The notes below the pieces were generated by a model. That model ran no database searches. It was not told where the DNA came from and was given only the letters and a program-made list of their open reading frames with translations. Source: Myxococcales bacterium (GTDB lineage Bacteria > Desulfobacterota > Binatia > HRBIN30). From it: a stretch of DNA of 64,000 nucleotides. The stretch is from NCBI GenBank assembly GCA_037445065.1, contig JBBILD010000006.1:1-64000 (forward strand), written 5' to 3'. Below, in pieces: positions 42,420 through 51,601 of the stretch. The position numbers and the translations under genes were made by a program. Position 1 is the first letter of the stretch; the number at the start of each line of letters is the position of its first letter.

Positions 42420-43222
42420 TGCAGTTGGACGTGGCCCGCCTGCGGCAGGCTTTAGAAGGGCAACGGATCGGGGTTCCGCTGGTGTATCGGGAATCCACAG
42501 GGTCGACCAACGACGACGCCATGGAACTCGGCCGTCGAGGCGCAGAAGAGGGCACGACGGTGCTCGCCGATCAGCAAAGCCGCGGCCGCGGCCGCCTGGG
42601 GAGGCGCTGGGAATCCCCGCCGGGGCGGAACTTGTACCTGTCGGTCGTGTTGCGCCCGCCGGTTCCCACCGCCGATGCGCCCCAGTTGGGGATCGTAGCT
42701 GGGGTGGCCGTGGTGGAGGCCATTCGCCGCTGGCTGCCGGAAGCAGTGCTAAAGTGGCCGAACGACGTCCTGGTTGCAGGGCGCAAAATCGCCGGGATCC
42801 TGGTGGAAATGGCCGCCAAGGAGGAGGCGGTGGACTTTGTCGTCGTCGGCATTGGGATCAACGTGAATCTGCACCTCGACGATCTACCCGCAGAGCTGCA
42901 GCAGACAGCGGGAAGTATCGCCCAAGCGCTCGGACGGGAAGTAGACCGCACTGAAGTTGCCCTCGCGGTGCTCGAGCAATTGGAGCAAGAATACGAGCGT
43001 TACTTGCAACACGGTTTTGCGCCGATCCGCACGCGCTGGCTCGACCGCGCCGGCATCCTCGACCGCAGGCTTGTGGTGGACAGCGGCCGTGCAAAACAGG
43101 AGGGGATTGCTGTGGGCTTGAGCGAGACGGGAGCTCTGCAGCTCCAGCGCGACGACGGCACTGTGGTCGAGATTCTTTCTGGCGATGTGACCTTGCATGA
43201 ACCAGTTGGTACTCGCGATTGA
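42419..43222 (+). CDS. birA: Biotin--protein ligase (no N-terminal HTH)
   Basis: STND, QSRGRGRLGRRW, LKWPND, KIAGIL, GIGINV. Confidence 0.95.
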   Translation: MQLDVARLRQALEGQRIGVPLVYRESTGSTNDDAMELGRRGAEEGTTVLADQQSRGRGRLGRRWESPPGRNLYLSVVLRPPVPTADAPQLGIVAGVAVVEAIRRWLPEAVLKWPNDVLVAGRKIAGILVEMAAKEEAVDFVVVGIGINVNLHLDDLPAELQQTAGSIAQALGREVDRTEVALAVLEQLEQEYERYLQHGFAPIRTRWLDRAGILDRRLVVDSGRAKQEGIAVGLSETGALQLQRDDGTVVEILSGDVTLHEPVGTRD

Positions 43223-44006
43223 CGTCGGAAACACACACACGGTGCTCGGCGTGTTCGCCGCGGAGCGCTTGCTTTGCCACTGGCGTTTGAAAACCAACCG
43301 TCACCGTACCGCTGACGAGTATGGATTTTATCTCGAGGCACTCCTGCGCCAGCAGCGAGTCGGAAGGGTGGACGGCGTAGCCGTGTCCTCCGTCGTTCCG
43401 CCAGTTACGGCCACGTTGCGCCAGTTCAGCGAGCGCTTTCTAGGCCTCCCGGCGCACGTGATTTCTGCCGACGACCTGGTCGAGATGCCCATTTTGTACG
43501 ACGACCCGCGCCAGCTCGGCACCGACCGCTTGGCCAATGTAGTTGCGGCGTACGAGCGGACTCGCTCCGCCACCATCGTGGTGGACTGTGGAACCGCTAC
43601 CAAGTTCGAATTCGTCGCTGCCGACGGCGCGTATTGGGGCGGAGCGATCGCACCCGGACTCGGCATCGCCGCGGACGCCTTGTTCGCTCGCGCGGCGCGC
43701 TTGTACCGCGTGCCCTTTTCGTGGCCCGCGACGGTCATTGGCCGCAACACCGTGAGCGCCTTGCAGGCCGGGCTCATGCATGGACACGCAGCGTTGGTTG
43801 ATGGCATGGTGAGCCACATGCAGCGCGAGACGGGTACTTCTGCTCGAGTGGTTGCCACCGGAGGCTATGCAGCGCTGCTGGCTCCCTACTGCGGCTGCGT
43901 GGACGAGGTCGCCGAGTTTCTGACCCTGGAAGGAATTCGCTTGATTTACCATCGCCGCAACGTGCAAGGAGAGCAGCCGCGAGCTGCCAGAGGAGAAACG
44001 TCCTAA
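43197..44006 (+). CDS. coaX: Type III pantothenate kinase, copy 1
   Basis: DVGNT, SSVVP, LGTDR, DCGTAT, GGAIAPG, ATGG, LTLEG. Confidence 0.92.
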   Translation: MNQLVLAIDVGNTHTVLGVFAAERLLCHWRLKTNRHRTADEYGFYLEALLRQQRVGRVDGVAVSSVVPPVTATLRQFSERFLGLPAHVISADDLVEMPILYDDPRQLGTDRLANVVAAYERTRSATIVVDCGTATKFEFVAADGAYWGGAIAPGLGIAADALFARAARLYRVPFSWPATVIGRNTVSALQAGLMHGHAALVDGMVSHMQRETGTSARVVATGGYAALLAPYCGCVDEVAEFLTLEGIRLIYHRRNVQGEQPRAARGETS

Positions 44007-44786
44007 ATGGCGGGGGAGTTGTTTTTAGCCATTGACGTGAGCAACACCCAAACCGTCCTCGGCTTGTTTTCCGGACCGAACCTGCAACACACTTGGCGGC
44101 TGGAAACCGATACCAGCCGCACCGCCGACGAGTATGCGGTGATTGTACGCAGCTTGCTCTCGCGCGCTGGCGAGCCGCGCATCGAAGCGGTGGCGGTGGC
44201 ATCGTCCGTGCCCGCGATGGTGGCGATCGTGGAAGCGTTGTGCCGCGACGTTTTTGGCTGCAGCCCGCTCGTGGTCGGTCCCGGCGTGCGCACGGGAATG
44301 CCCATCTTGTACGATAAGCCGCAAGAGGTGGGGCCGGATCGCATCGTGAACGCGCTCGCCGCGTATGCGCGCACGCACACCACCACGATCGTGGTGGACC
44401 TCAGTACGGCAACGATTTTCGACTTCATCTCTGCGCGTGGGGAATACGTTGGCGGGGTGATCGCTCCCGGGCTCGGCATTGCCAGCGATGCGCTGTTCGA
44501 GCGTGCGGCGCGGCTGTATCGGGTGGAGTTGCGCCGGCCCCCGCAGGTGATCGGGCGCAATACCGTTCACGCCATCCAGTCGGGGTTGATTTACGGCTAC
44601 GTGTCACTGGTGGATGGCATCGTCGAGCGGATTTGCCGGGAGACTGCTTCCTCCCCGCGGGTGATCGCCACCGGCACTTACGCGGAACTCATTGCACCTG
44701 CCTCGGCAGTCATTCACGAAGTGGACGAGCACCTCACGCTCGAGGGCTTGCGAATCGTTTACGAGCGAAACAGAGACAAAAGATAG
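44007..44786 (+). CDS. coaX: Type III pantothenate kinase-like, copy 2 (variant motifs)
   Basis: DVSNT, VGPDR, DLSTAT, GGVIAPG, ATG, LTLEG. Confidence 0.85.
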   Translation: MAGELFLAIDVSNTQTVLGLFSGPNLQHTWRLETDTSRTADEYAVIVRSLLSRAGEPRIEAVAVASSVPAMVAIVEALCRDVFGCSPLVVGPGVRTGMPILYDKPQEVGPDRIVNALAAYARTHTTTIVVDLSTATIFDFISARGEYVGGVIAPGLGIASDALFERAARLYRVELRRPPQVIGRNTVHAIQSGLIYGYVSLVDGIVERICRETASSPRVIATGTYAELIAPASAVIHEVDEHLTLEGLRIVYERNRDKR

Positions 44787-44796
44787 GAGCGAAGCC

Positions 44797-46881
44797 ATGG
44801 CAGAGGATGTCAAGCTGGTGCGGACGGTCGGCATCGTAGGGCAGGGGGGCGTGGGCAAGACTTCTCTTGCCGACGCGTTACTGTTTGCGGCGGGGGCGGT
44901 CAATCGGCTGGGTAGAGTGGACGATGGGAGTTCGAACTTCGACTTCGAGCCGGAGGAGATTCGTCGCAAGATTTCCTTGACCACCGCGATTTTCCATTTC
45001 CCCTGGAAAAAGCATTCGATCCACCTGCTCGACATGCCGGGTTACTCCAACTTTTTGACCGACACCCTCTTGTGCATGCGCGCCTGCACCGGCCTGGTCT
45101 ACGTGCAAGCACCGGCCGCAGGCGAGATTCGCGTGGAAGCTGAAAAGGTGTGGAACCGGGCCGCCGAACTCGAATTGCCGGTGGTTGCCTTTGTGACCCG
45201 CATGGATCGTGAGAACGCGAGTTTCGAGGCGGCCATCGAGGACATGAAAAAGGTGCTGGGTGCCAAGCCTGTCCCCCTGCAAGTGCCGCTCGGTCAAGCC
45301 GAACAGTTCCGGGGCGCGATTGACTTGCTGAGCATGAAGGCCCTGGTCGCCAGCGACGACGGGTACCGTGAGGAGCCGATTCCGGCAGATCTCGCCGATG
45401 CTGCCCAGAGCGCACGCGAGACCCTGATCGAACTTGCTGCCGATGCGGACGACGAGTTCACGGAAGCCTACCTGGAAAACGGGACGCTGACCGACGAAGA
45501 ACTCACGCGCGCCCTGCAGCTCGGTACGCTCAAGCGCCGTTTTGTTCCCGTGCTTTGCGGTGCCGGCAGCAAAGGCATCGGTGCGGCCGCCTTGCTCGAC
45601 GCGATCGTGAGGTTTTTGGGCTCGGCCGTAGAGCAAGGAAAGCGAACCGGAAAAGACCCTAAGCTGGGAGTCGAAATCGAGCGCCTTCCCGACGTGAACG
45701 AGCCCTTCTCGGCGGTGGTGTTCAAAACCATCGTGGATCCTTTTGCCGGCCGCTTGTCCTTGCTGCGCGTGATTTCCGGCAAAGCGGTGCCAGACTCGAC
45801 GGTACTCAACACCAGCAAGGACGCCCGCGAGCGCCTCGGTCACCTCCTGATGCTCCACGGCAAAAAACAAAGCGCGGTGGGCGCGGCCATTCCCGGTGAC
45901 ATCGTGGCGGTCGCCAAGCTCAAGGAAACCATGACGGGCGATACGCTGGCCGACGAAAAGGCCCCGATCGTCTACGAGCGCGACATATTACCCCCTCCGG
46001 CGATCTCCTTTGCCATCGAACCGAAGAGCAAGGGGGATGAAGAGAAAGCCACGCAAGCGCTGCAAAAGATGATGGAGGAGGATCCTTCGCTCGAGCTGCA
46101 CCGCGATTCACAGACGCGCGAACTCATCTTGTCCGGCGTGGATCAGTTGCACCTCGAAGTGGTGATCGAACGACTCAAGAGAAAATACGGCGCCGAGGTG
46201 GAACTCAAAGCGCCTAAGGTGCCCTATAAGGAAACCATCAAAGGCCGCGCCAAGGCGCAGGGCAAGCTCAAAAAACAAACCGGCGGGCGCGGGCAGTACG
46301 GAGACACGTGGCTCGAAGTGGAGCCGCTGCCGCGCGGCGCAGGCTTCGAGTTCGTGGACAAAATCGTCGGCGGTGTGGTACCCCGCCAGTACATCCCCGC
46401 AGTGGAGAAGGGGGTGCGCGAGGCGATGGCCGAGGGCTTTCTGGCGCATTACCCGATGACCGATATCCGCGTCACGCTCTACGACGGCTCCTACCACGAG
46501 GTGGACTCCTCCGAGATGGCCTTCAAAATCGCTGCTTCGTTGGGCTTCAAAAACGCGGTGGCGCAAGCCAAACCGGTGCTTCTCGAACCGATTGTGAACA
46601 TGGAGATCACTGTGCCCGACGAGTGCATGGGAGACGTGATCGGCGACCTCAACAGCCGGCGCGGGAAAGTGCTCGGGGTGGACGCCAAACCGGGCTCCCA
46701 GGTGATCAAGGCGCAAGTGCCGCTGGCGGAGGTGCTGCGTTACTCGCCCGACTTGCGTAGCCTCACCAGCGGGCGCGGCTCCTTTACGATGGCGTTTTCT
46801 CACTACGAAGAGGTTCCGGCCCACATTGCGGAACGGATCATTAAGGAAGCGGAAGCGGCCCGCGCTGCGAAGCAAGGATGA
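44797..46881 (+). CDS. fusA: Elongation factor G paralog (EF-G2-like)
   Basis: Full EF-G domain order with divergent G motifs GQGGVGKTS, DMPG, TRMD; KKQTGGRGQYG, DGSYHEVDSSEMAF; not in an rpsL/rpsG operon. Confidence 0.9.
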   Translation: MAEDVKLVRTVGIVGQGGVGKTSLADALLFAAGAVNRLGRVDDGSSNFDFEPEEIRRKISLTTAIFHFPWKKHSIHLLDMPGYSNFLTDTLLCMRACTGLVYVQAPAAGEIRVEAEKVWNRAAELELPVVAFVTRMDRENASFEAAIEDMKKVLGAKPVPLQVPLGQAEQFRGAIDLLSMKALVASDDGYREEPIPADLADAAQSARETLIELAADADDEFTEAYLENGTLTDEELTRALQLGTLKRRFVPVLCGAGSKGIGAAALLDAIVRFLGSAVEQGKRTGKDPKLGVEIERLPDVNEPFSAVVFKTIVDPFAGRLSLLRVISGKAVPDSTVLNTSKDARERLGHLLMLHGKKQSAVGAAIPGDIVAVAKLKETMTGDTLADEKAPIVYERDILPPPAISFAIEPKSKGDEEKATQALQKMMEEDPSLELHRDSQTRELILSGVDQLHLEVVIERLKRKYGAEVELKAPKVPYKETIKGRAKAQGKLKKQTGGRGQYGDTWLEVEPLPRGAGFEFVDKIVGGVVPRQYIPAVEKGVREAMAEGFLAHYPMTDIRVTLYDGSYHEVDSSEMAFKIAASLGFKNAVAQAKPVLLEPIVNMEITVPDECMGDVIGDLNSRRGKVLGVDAKPGSQVIKAQVPLAEVLRYSPDLRSLTSGRGSFTMAFSHYEEVPAHIAERIIKEAEAARAAKQG

Positions 46882-47405
46882 ATCCCAGCGCCGAGGAAAT
46901 CGCCCGCATTGCGAGCGAGATCGAGCGCGGCACCGATCCCTACGAGGTGCCCGCCGAGATGCTCGAAGAACCCACAGAGAAGCGGCCTGTCAATAAAAGC
47001 TTGTACGCTCGCATCGGGAGCATGAGCGTGGGGGAAAAGATCAAGCTCGCTTTGCTCGGCAATCGCGAGGCGCGCGCTCTTCTCGTTCGCGACACCAACC
47101 GCATGATTGCCCGCTTCGTGCTGCGCAACCCGCGCCTCACCGAGGAAGAGGTGCTCATGATCGCCCGCAATCGGAACATTGACAGCGAGATCCTCCGCGA
47201 GATCGCCGAGCACAAGCTGTGGCCGCGGAATTACCAGATCCGCCATGCGCTGGTAACGAACCCAAAGACGCCGCTGGCTAGCGCCTTGCACTTTGTCGGC
47301 ATGCTGCACGAGCGCGACCTGCGCTTCTTGGCCAAGAGCAAAAACGTTTCGGCGACGATCGTTTCGCACGCGCGCCGCGTCCTGGCGCAGCGCGGTAAGA
47401 TGTAA
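46878..47405 (+). CDS. Conserved hypothetical protein (helical-repeat-like)
   Basis: MSVGEKIKLALLGNREARALLVRD..VLRNP..ALVTNPKTP; 4-nt overlap with the EF-G paralog. Confidence 0.75.
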   Translation: MNPSAEEIARIASEIERGTDPYEVPAEMLEEPTEKRPVNKSLYARIGSMSVGEKIKLALLGNREARALLVRDTNRMIARFVLRNPRLTEEEVLMIARNRNIDSEILREIAEHKLWPRNYQIRHALVTNPKTPLASALHFVGMLHERDLRFLAKSKNVSATIVSHARRVLAQRGKM

Positions 47406-47994
47406 GGAAAGTAATGGCCTCCGAAAGCTCGGTCGGCACCGGCGAATCGAAGCGCGGCAACCGCTGAGCGCTACCTGACCGCACCCTCGCACCTGCGGCT
47501 CGCTCATTGTCTCCCGCAAGCGGCGGCCGGCGCGAGCAGGCGCGCGTGATCAAGGGGGCGCCGGCAAGCCTGTGTCCAGACACCTCTTGGCGAGGATTTG
47601 CCTCGAGACGCGGCGGGCATCGCCCAGCTGACGGGTGCCGAACTTCTCGCGCGGAGCGTTACGGCGAGTCACCGAATCGGAGACACCTCGCTGCCGATTC
47701 CGACGGCACGCTTCCAGGCGCAGCCGACGCGCTCGAAAAGCACCATGCTGGAAACGGGGCGGCGCGGGCTCGCCAACGAACGATCCGTGCACCGAGCGTT
47801 GAGGCGCGGCGGCTCAACCGGTGTTCCCATGCTGGGCGCGGTTGGGATGCCGCATGTCGGCCGCGCAGGCATCGCTCGCTCGGGTTCCGCGCTGGCCGCG
47901 GACCCCCCCCACGGCCCCGCATCCTCCGAACGCACGGCAAGATTCTCTCCGCGGCGAGATTGGCCCTCGGAACAGAAAGCCGGGACCCTCGGGG

Positions 47995-48038
47995 TATGTC
48001 TGGACATAACTTGACAGAACCTGACAATCGGCTACGCT
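47995..48038 (+). promoter_or_regulatory. Putative CarH/LitR operator overlapping the promoter
   Basis: TGGACA, TTGACA and CTGACA at 48001, 48011 and 48021 (10-bp phase); inverted repeat TATGTC-TG-GACATA; TTGACA-16 nt-TACGCT. Confidence 0.7.
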
Positions 48039-48057
48039 CGCGAGCGTGGAGACTGCC

Positions 48058-49020
48058 ATGGCGAAGCAGCAGCAACGGAGCGACTGGTTGCCGTTACGGA
48101 CTGTGAGTCAGCTGACCGGGCTCACCCCGGATCTCATTCGCGCTTGGGAGAGGCGCTACCAGGCCGTGCAGCCGCAGCGAGGCCCGCGTGGCGCACGCGT
48201 GTATTCGCTGGAAGACGTGCGTCGCTTGCGGCTGCTCGCGCGGGCTGTGGAAGCGGGCCGCGCCATCGGGGATGTGGCGCGCTTATCACCCGGCGAGCTG
48301 GAGCGCCTCGTGGGCGGGGAGAAGGGTTCACCAACGGCAACGGCGACGCGGAACTCCGCGGGGGAGCCGGCGGCGGACCGCAGGCTGAGGGAAGAGTTTT
48401 GGGCAGCCGTGCGCTCGTTCGACTCGGCGCGGCTCGAGCGAGCGTTGAGCGAGTGTTTGGCGATTTGGCCGCTCGATGACTTGGCATGCGGGGTACTCGC
48501 CGCCTGGATCGACGAGGTGGGGGAGGCTTGGAGCAGGGGGGAGGTATCGGTAGCGCAAGAGCACTTCGTGTCGGCTGCCCTGCGCAACTTTCTCGGCCAG
48601 CTCTTGCGCACCCGGCAGGTCCCGGGTGGGCAACCGCAGGCGTTGTTGGCAACCCCGGCGGGAGAGCGGCACGAATTCGGGTTGTTGCTAGCCGGACTCT
48701 TGTTCGCGGATCGGTCGATCCCGGTGGTGTACCTCGGGACAGATGTGCCGGACGAAAACTTGCTGGCCGCGGCACGTGCGTTGCCGTCGCGAATCCTCGC
48801 TTTGAGCGTTGTGGATAGTACCAACCGACCACACGCGGCAGCCGTCATACGCAAGCTGGTACGCAGCTCGAGCGATAAGGAAATTTGGTTGGGGGGGCGC
48901 GACGCGCGCGCCGTTGCTGCTCAGGTGCATAACCCAGCGGCGCGGCTGCGCTGCTTCGAGTGCTTGGAAGATTTGCGTCAGGAATTGCGCCAGTCGCGCC
49001 TGTTTGTCGCGACCGTGTGA
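48058..49020 (+). CDS. MerR-family cobalamin-binding photoreceptor regulator (CarH/LitR-like)
   Basis: MerR HTH with IRAWERRY; W-x9-EH (WSRGEVSVAQEH); ExH B12 motif GERHEFG; YLG; WLGG. Confidence 0.9.
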   Translation: MAKQQQRSDWLPLRTVSQLTGLTPDLIRAWERRYQAVQPQRGPRGARVYSLEDVRRLRLLARAVEAGRAIGDVARLSPGELERLVGGEKGSPTATATRNSAGEPAADRRLREEFWAAVRSFDSARLERALSECLAIWPLDDLACGVLAAWIDEVGEAWSRGEVSVAQEHFVSAALRNFLGQLLRTRQVPGGQPQALLATPAGERHEFGLLLAGLLFADRSIPVVYLGTDVPDENLLAAARALPSRILALSVVDSTNRPHAAAVIRKLVRSSSDKEIWLGGRDARAVAAQVHNPAARLRCFECLEDLRQELRQSRLFVATV

Positions 49021-49077
49021 ACAGGCCGTAGGGCAAGAGCCGACGTCCCGTCGGCTCTCAGAAAAAGGAGAAGGGAC

Positions 49078-49455
49078 ATGTCAAGGGTGTTTTCGGATTT
49101 CAGTGAGCATTCGATCGCGGTCATCGAACACATGTTGGCCAGTGGCGAGATCGTACCCGCGCAGATGCCGGGGGCGAGCCTGTGGAGCCCTGAGAAGAAG
49201 CTGGCCGCTGCGGTACTGGTCAGTGCCCTGGTGGAGATCCGCGACCATCATGGCGACCCCACGCACCAGAAAACGGTGCGGGAAGACGTCGAATGGGTGT
49301 TTTCGGACGATGGGAACTCGCCGTACTCGTTCTTGCGCTTGTGCGAATTGTTCCACCTCGACCCCGACTACGTGCGCGGCCGTGTGCGCAAGTGGCTGAG
49401 CGAACCAGCCGGCCGCCGGTACCGCCTGTGTTCTACGCACCGCCACGCTGCTTGA
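49078..49455 (+). CDS. Hypothetical protein with an HTH-like C-terminus
   Basis: AAAGGAG upstream; PEKKLAAAVL...EWVFSDD..PYSFLRLCELFHLDPDYVR. Confidence 0.7.
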   Translation: MSRVFSDFSEHSIAVIEHMLASGEIVPAQMPGASLWSPEKKLAAAVLVSALVEIRDHHGDPTHQKTVREDVEWVFSDDGNSPYSFLRLCELFHLDPDYVRGRVRKWLSEPAGRRYRLCSTHRHAA

Positions 49456-49472
49456 GCGCGAAGGGGGATTGG

Positions 49473-50732
49473 ATGCGCATTGCGGTCGTGGGTGCTGGCA
49501 TTTCCGGCCTTGCCGCGGCGTACTTTTTGAGGCCCCGGCACGAAGTGTTGCTGTTCGAGCAGGAGCCACGGGCAGGTGGACACGCGTGGACGTGGGAAGT
49601 GGCAAGCGCTCAAGGTCTCGTGCACTTCGACGTCGGCTTTCTGGTGTACAACGAGCAGACCTACCCGATCTTCACGCAAATGCTGCGCGAACTCGCCGTG
49701 CCGACGATCCCAAGCGAGATGTCGTTTAGCGTCCAGTGCCGCGGTTGCCGGTTCGAGTATGCCAGCCATGGACTCCGCGCATTCTTGGGCGGGGCACGGG
49801 GTTGGTGGCGACCGCAGTTTCCGCGGATGTTGGCGGACGTGTTGCGATTTTACCGGCTGGGCCAGAGATGGCTCGAAAGCCCGGATCGGTGCAAGACGTT
49901 GGGCGAGTTTCTCGCCCAGCATCGGTTCTCGCAGGAGTTTGCGCGGCACTTCATCCTGCCCATGACGGCTGCGATCTGGTCTGCCCCGAAGCGGCAGGCC
50001 GCGGAGCTACCGCTGGGCCTGTTCCTGCGCTTTTTTGCGAATCATGGGCTGCTGAGTCTTCGCGGCCAGCCGCAGTGGCGAACCATTCGGGGCGGAAGTC
50101 GCGAGTACGTCAACCGGCTGTTGGAGCGGCTGGGCTCTGCGGTGCACCTGGGCGCCCGGGTAGAGCGCGTGACCCGCAGCGCCCGCGGGGTACGCCTGCA
50201 GGTGGTTGGGGTGGGTGAGGTCAATGCGGATGCGGTAGTGCTGGCTCTGCACTCGGATCAGGCTCTCCGCGTATGGCGCGATGCCTCGCCCGAAGAACGG
50301 GCGGCACTACGTGCCATTCCGTACCAGCGCAACGCTGTGGTCGTACACTCGGATCCCTCTGTCATGCCGAGTCGGCGCCTGTTGTGGGCCTCCTGGAATT
50401 ACCACGCGGTGGATTGCCACGAGGCACAACGGCCGGTGCAAATCACGTATTGGATCAATCGGCTCCAATCTCTCCCCCACCCCCCGCATTGGTTCGTGAG
50501 CTTGAATTGTGCGGAAGAGATCGACCAGCAGAGCGTGCTTGGCCGCTTCGAGTTCGACCATCCGCTTCTGTCGCACGATGCGACCTGGGCACAACAGAGG
50601 CTCCGCCAACTGAGCGGTCGGCATCGGGTGTTTTTTGCCGGCGCTTACTTAGGCTACGGGTTTCACGAGGATGGGGCACGGGCAGGATGGGAAGTCGCAG
50701 CACAAGTGGACCGATGGTGTATGGCAGCTTGA
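49473..50732 (+). CDS. FAD-dependent amine-oxidase-family protein (UfaD/RSP1091-like)
   Basis: IAVVGAGISGL, GGHA, DVGFLVYN..TYP, SEMSFS, WASWNY, GAYLGYGFHEDG. Confidence 0.88.
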   Translation: MRIAVVGAGISGLAAAYFLRPRHEVLLFEQEPRAGGHAWTWEVASAQGLVHFDVGFLVYNEQTYPIFTQMLRELAVPTIPSEMSFSVQCRGCRFEYASHGLRAFLGGARGWWRPQFPRMLADVLRFYRLGQRWLESPDRCKTLGEFLAQHRFSQEFARHFILPMTAAIWSAPKRQAAELPLGLFLRFFANHGLLSLRGQPQWRTIRGGSREYVNRLLERLGSAVHLGARVERVTRSARGVRLQVVGVGEVNADAVVLALHSDQALRVWRDASPEERAALRAIPYQRNAVVVHSDPSVMPSRRLLWASWNYHAVDCHEAQRPVQITYWINRLQSLPHPPHWFVSLNCAEEIDQQSVLGRFEFDHPLLSHDATWAQQRLRQLSGRHRVFFAGAYLGYGFHEDGARAGWEVAAQVDRWCMAA

Positions 50733-51601
50733 ACTCGTGCTGGTACGACGCTCGCGTGGTGCACGTGCGGCACACACCGCGCCCGCACCGGCTGAGTTAT
50801 CGCCTACCGTTTTTCTGGCTCGATGTGGACCAGCTCTCCGCGCTTGGCCAGCGCTTGCGCTGGTTGGGTGTGGAGCGGCCGGGATTGTTTGCCTTTTATT
50901 CGAGCGATCATCTGGATGGGCGCGGGCCCGTGGGCGAGCGAGCCCGCGCTTTCTTGATCGAAAACGGGCTCCCGCCTGCAGGCTGTGCAAGAGTGTTCTT
51001 GCTGACCCTCTGCCGTCAGTGGGGCTACGTCTTTCACCCGGTCTCCTTCTTCTTCAGCTTCGATTCGGCTGGGGAATTCACCTGTTTGCTTGCCGAGGTG
51101 AACAACACCTTTGGAGAGAGGCACTGCTATCTCGTGCCTGCCTACGACGGTGAGCGGTGGCGAGATTGGTGGCGCGGGCGAGTGCGGAAGGTCATGCACG
51201 TCTCTCCCTTTACTCGCCGAGAGGGCGCGGAGTACGAATTTCGCTGGCAGCTTCCCGGCGATCGCCTGCGCGTGCACGTTCGGGAAGTCGAAGAGGGACT
51301 GCCTGTGCTGGATGCAACGCTGTCCGGCCAGCGCCAGACCCTCACCGACCGTGCGCTCGCAGGGCTGGCGGTTCGCTTTCCGTGGGTGTCCCTCAAGGTA
51401 ACCGCCGCGATTCACTGGGAGGCTGTGAAGCTCTGGATGAAGGGCGTGCCCTTTTTCCATCAGCCGCCACCCTCGCCGGAGCAACGTGCCCAGCAAAGCC
51501 TGTGGACGAAATTGGAAGCACCGGCCAGGATGGTGCGGAGAGATCAGGCGCAAGGAGGAGCAACATGGAAGATACCATTTCCCGAGCGGAGCAGGGACTG
51601 A
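50714..51601 (+). CDS. DUF1365 family protein (UfaO/RSP1090-like)
   Basis: HVRH.P..H, GYVFHPVSF, EVNNTFGERH, KVMHVSPF, IHWEAVKLW.KG. Confidence 0.88.
   Translation: MVYGSLNSCWYDARVVHVRHTPRPHRLSYRLPFFWLDVDQLSALGQRLRWLGVERPGLFAFYSSDHLDGRGPVGERARAFLIENGLPPAGCARVFLLTLCRQWGYVFHPVSFFFSFDSAGEFTCLLAEVNNTFGERHCYLVPAYDGERWRDWWRGRVRKVMHVSPFTRREGAEYEFRWQLPGDRLRVHVREVEEGLPVLDATLSGQRQTLTDRALAGLAVRFPWVSLKVTAAIHWEAVKLWMKGVPFFHQPPPSPEQRAQQSLWTKLEAPARMVRRDQAQGGATWKIPFPERSRD

Noticed and set aside
47406..47990. ORFs in the gap before the CarH-like gene
   Set aside because: No RBS, motif or compositional support; treated as non-coding.
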